A stretch of DNA of 64,000 nucleotides from an uncultured candidate division Zixibacteria bacterium (GTDB lineage Bacteria; Zixibacteria; MSB-5A5; UBA10806), in contig CAWFQL010000016.1 in the NCBI GenBank assembly GCA_963817915.1, positions 96,001 to 160,000 of the forward strand. Direction: 5' to 3'. This document shows, piece after piece, positions 61,483-64,000 of the stretch; the stretch's first letter is position 1; each line of letters begins with the position of its first letter. The position numbers and the translations under genes were made by a program. A model generated the notes under the pieces. It saw only the letters and a list, made by a program, of their open reading frames with translations, was not told the DNA's origin and did no database searches.

Positions 61483-61627
61483 TTGACAAAGCCAAAGCCC
61501 AATCGGACAATATACCGTCGATCAGATAATGGGGAGATTACAACAAAAAAATATGCAGAAGAACATCTTCACAACAACCGAGAAGGAAAAAATATATGTT
61601 CCACCACCCAAGAAACGGGGACGTTAA
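61483..61627 (+). CDS. Small basic uncharacterised protein (about 48 aa; probable indel near 61570)
   Basis: RBS gaggagg, TTG start, TKPKPNRTIYRRSDNGEITTKKYAEEH then shifted TTEKEKIYVPPPKKRGR. Confidence 0.6.
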
Positions 61628-61904
61628 TACGAGCTTTTCAGGATTATCATAGTATTGCCTTACCATACTAAGTTTGGCAATTTAAAATATTATCTAATGC
61701 CCGAATTTAGTAGACAACGCTCCTAAAATCTACGATTCACCTATTCCTCATAAAATAACGGACTTAACCTGATTGGTGATTATCGTAATATTTATTAGGT
61801 CGGGCTCTTTTTTTGCGTGCTGTTTGTTCCCCGGCCTGTCAAAAAATGCGGGCTAAATTTTATCGGATGAGGGCATCCGACTTCACGAGTAATTAATTAC
61901 TTAA

Positions 61905-62201
61905 TTAAGGTAGCACTGTTGGAAGCCATCCCGTTTCAAGTTCTCCGCTTTTGTTAAGATTGGAATGAAACTTCCAGACCGTGCCGGTTTGGGTATCAAT
62001 CTTAAAAACCTCATCATTGCTAACCTTTACTCGAAGGTTTTCATCAAAGTGACTGTAATGGCCCTGAAAAAGCTGATATCTTTCTATTTCTCCTCTTGCG
62101 CCTGATTGTGCACTTGAGGGCTTATCCAATAACAGTTGAACAAGAATTACAGCGATAGCCGATACCAGCAGAATCGTCTTGATTTTTTCAATCTTAAACA
62201 T
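61905..62201 (-). CDS. Small exported hypothetical protein
   Basis: N-terminal hydrophobic segment, SSAQS cleavage-like site, FKIDTQTGTVW; RBS aaggcg. Confidence 0.65.
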   Translation of the reverse strand: MFKIEKIKTILLVSAIAVILVQLLLDKPSSAQSGARGEIERYQLFQGHYSHFDENLRVKVSNDEVFKIDTQTGTVWKFHSNLNKSGELETGWLPTVLP

Positions 62202-62317
62202 AGTATTTTCGCCTTTCTTTTAAGCGTTTTCAGGATCATTCATATATCGCGTATAAGCGTGCCCCATGTTTTTCGCCTGTAAAATCTAATTTGCTTCCTG
62301 ACTTACAGTTGCTTCTC

Positions 62318-64000
62318 CTACCTCCCCAGCACCTCCAGGCTCGCGTATTTGACCATCAGCTTTTTGGTGCCGGCTCGTTCGAAACGGACTGTTACCATCA
62401 GATTATCGCCGGAGCCCTCGCGCGCCATCACTATCCCATGACCGAATTTATCATGCATCACCGCCGTGCCGATTGCTAACATATCGTTAACGACAGATTC
62501 GAATGTTACTTCCGTCTGCTTGCGGCTTGGTTTTGGCGTGCGGTTTTACATACTGCCCGCGCGGCTGGGGTTTGTAGACATCATTCCAGTAGTTGAATCG
62601 TTCCACTTCGAGCATTTCTTCGGGTATATCCTGCAAAAATTCCGACGGCCCGCCGGTGAAATCGCCCCAGCGCCGCCTGAATCCCGCCATCGCCATGTAA
62701 AGCTTATTCTTGGCGCGCGTGATACCGACATAGCAGAGCCGCCGTTCCTCTTCCATATCGCCCGGCTCGCCGTAATTCCGTCTCAATGGAAACAGGCCAT
62801 CCTCCATTCCGGCCATGAAGACCGAATCGAATTCCAGCCCCTTGGCCGAATGAAGCGTCATCAATGTCACCGCCTGAGCCTCGCTATCCAATGTATCGAT
62901 ATCGCTGATCAGCGCCACCTCTTCGAGGAACCCCGCCAACGTCGGCGCTTCGGTCCGTTCGCAATACTCCTCGATACCCGACACCAATTCGCGCACGTTG
63001 TCGGCTCGAACATCGGCCTCGGGCGTGGCCTCTTCTTCGAGCATTCGCAAATATTTGATATCCTCGATTATGCGCGCGGCGATATCATGCGGTTCCAGAG
63101 CTCTCCAATTTCTCCGAGAGATTATTCATAATGCCGATAAATTTCTGTATCTCCAATTTCGCCTTGCCGCCGATCTCAAGCTCATTCATCGATTTCAACA
63201 AAACCTGCATCAACGGCATTCCCTGCTTGGCCGCGTGGCTTTCGAGTTTTTCGATACTGGTCTTGCCGATGCCCCGTTTGGGCATATTGATTATTCTCAA
63301 TAGCGCGATATCATCGGCGGGATTGATCAGCAGGCGCAAATAGGCGAGAATATCCTTAACCTCGGCTCGTTCATAAAATCTGATACCGCCGACAATCTTG
63401 TAAGGGAGCCCCTTGTAACGAAGCGAATCCTCGATCACACGCGACTGGGCGTTGGTGCGATACAAAATCGCGAAATCCGACGGCGACTTATCGTATGTAA
63501 TGCCAAGTCTGATTTTTTCGGCAATCGCCTCGCCCTCGTTGACCTCGTCCCCGCATAGGAGCAATGTTATCTTATCGCCGCCCTTTTTCTCGGTGAAGAG
63601 TTTCTTGGCTTTTCGTCCGAGATTTTTCGAGACCACTTCGCCCGCGGCGTCCAATATGATCTGTGTCGAACGGTAATTCTGTTCGAGCTTGATCTCCTTG
63701 CATTCGGGATAATCCTTCTCGAAATCGAGAATATTGCTGATATCCGCCCCGCGCCAGGCGTAGATCGATTGATCATCATCGCCGACAACACAGAGATTAT
63801 GGCTGGCCGACGCCAGTAATTTCACCAAACGATACTGGCAATGATTGGTATCTTGATACTCATCTACCATCAAATATTTAAAGCGATCATGAAATATCTT
63901 CAAAATATCCGGCCGTTTTTCGAAAAGTTCGACCGTCTTCATCAAGAGGTCATCGAAATCCATGGCCTGATTTTTGGCCAAGCGTTTTTGATACTCATCA
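62318..64000 (-). CDS. pcrA: ATP-dependent DNA helicase PcrA/UvrD, partial, with apparent indels (about 63100 and 62490)
   Basis: DFDDLL, VDEYQDTN, VGDDDQSIY, LEQNYRS, ILYRTNAQS, MTLHSAKGLEF, EEERRLCYVGITRA; Tudor tail HDKFGHG..KKLMVKYASL. Confidence 0.93.

Noticed and set aside
58242..61880. CRISPR array or classical integron
   Set aside because: Repeats are degenerate and irregularly spaced, genes lie in both orientations, and there is no cas, intI or clear RYYYAAC/GTTRRRY-bounded attC.
62466..63131. 221-aa plus-strand ORF
   Set aside because: Antisense shadow of the GC-rich pcrA gene.

Overview
A gene-dense bacterial chromosome segment with about 45 CDS and no rRNA, tRNA, CRISPR array, integrase or transposase that I can recognise. 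A Cys-flanked dockerin-like C-terminal domain, a porin-multiheme cytochrome cluster and a PEP-CTERM protein suggest a diderm sediment or subsurface bacterium, possibly Zixibacteria (inference). About nine genes are broken by isolated 1-nt indels, mostly single extra bases, which looks like long-read error rather than biology. Main content, in order: a >1450-aa secreted TANFOR-like protein with a 729-aa internal repeat that runs off the left edge and is missing from the ORF track; rsgA behind a leader-peptide attenuator, followed by a DRG-type GTPase; a MacAB-type exporter; an OPT transporter; a GlpX-like phosphatase; an atypical 4-hydroxybutyryl-CoA-dehydratase-like enzyme; SSADH; an M16C peptidase; an MCP; PilT with an MshEN/HD/DUF4388 partner; hypAB; an MtrAB-like plus lipoprotein-cytochrome conduit with Rex-like boxes; an RLAN/RimK/GNAT operon; a diheme peroxidase plus Cyc2-like cytochrome-porin; znuACB led by an RHH/Cys-rich regulator; a divergent ald plus CoA-transferase; a REP-punctuated accessory region; and pcrA/uvrD. 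All family calls come from motifs read by eye; no searches were run.
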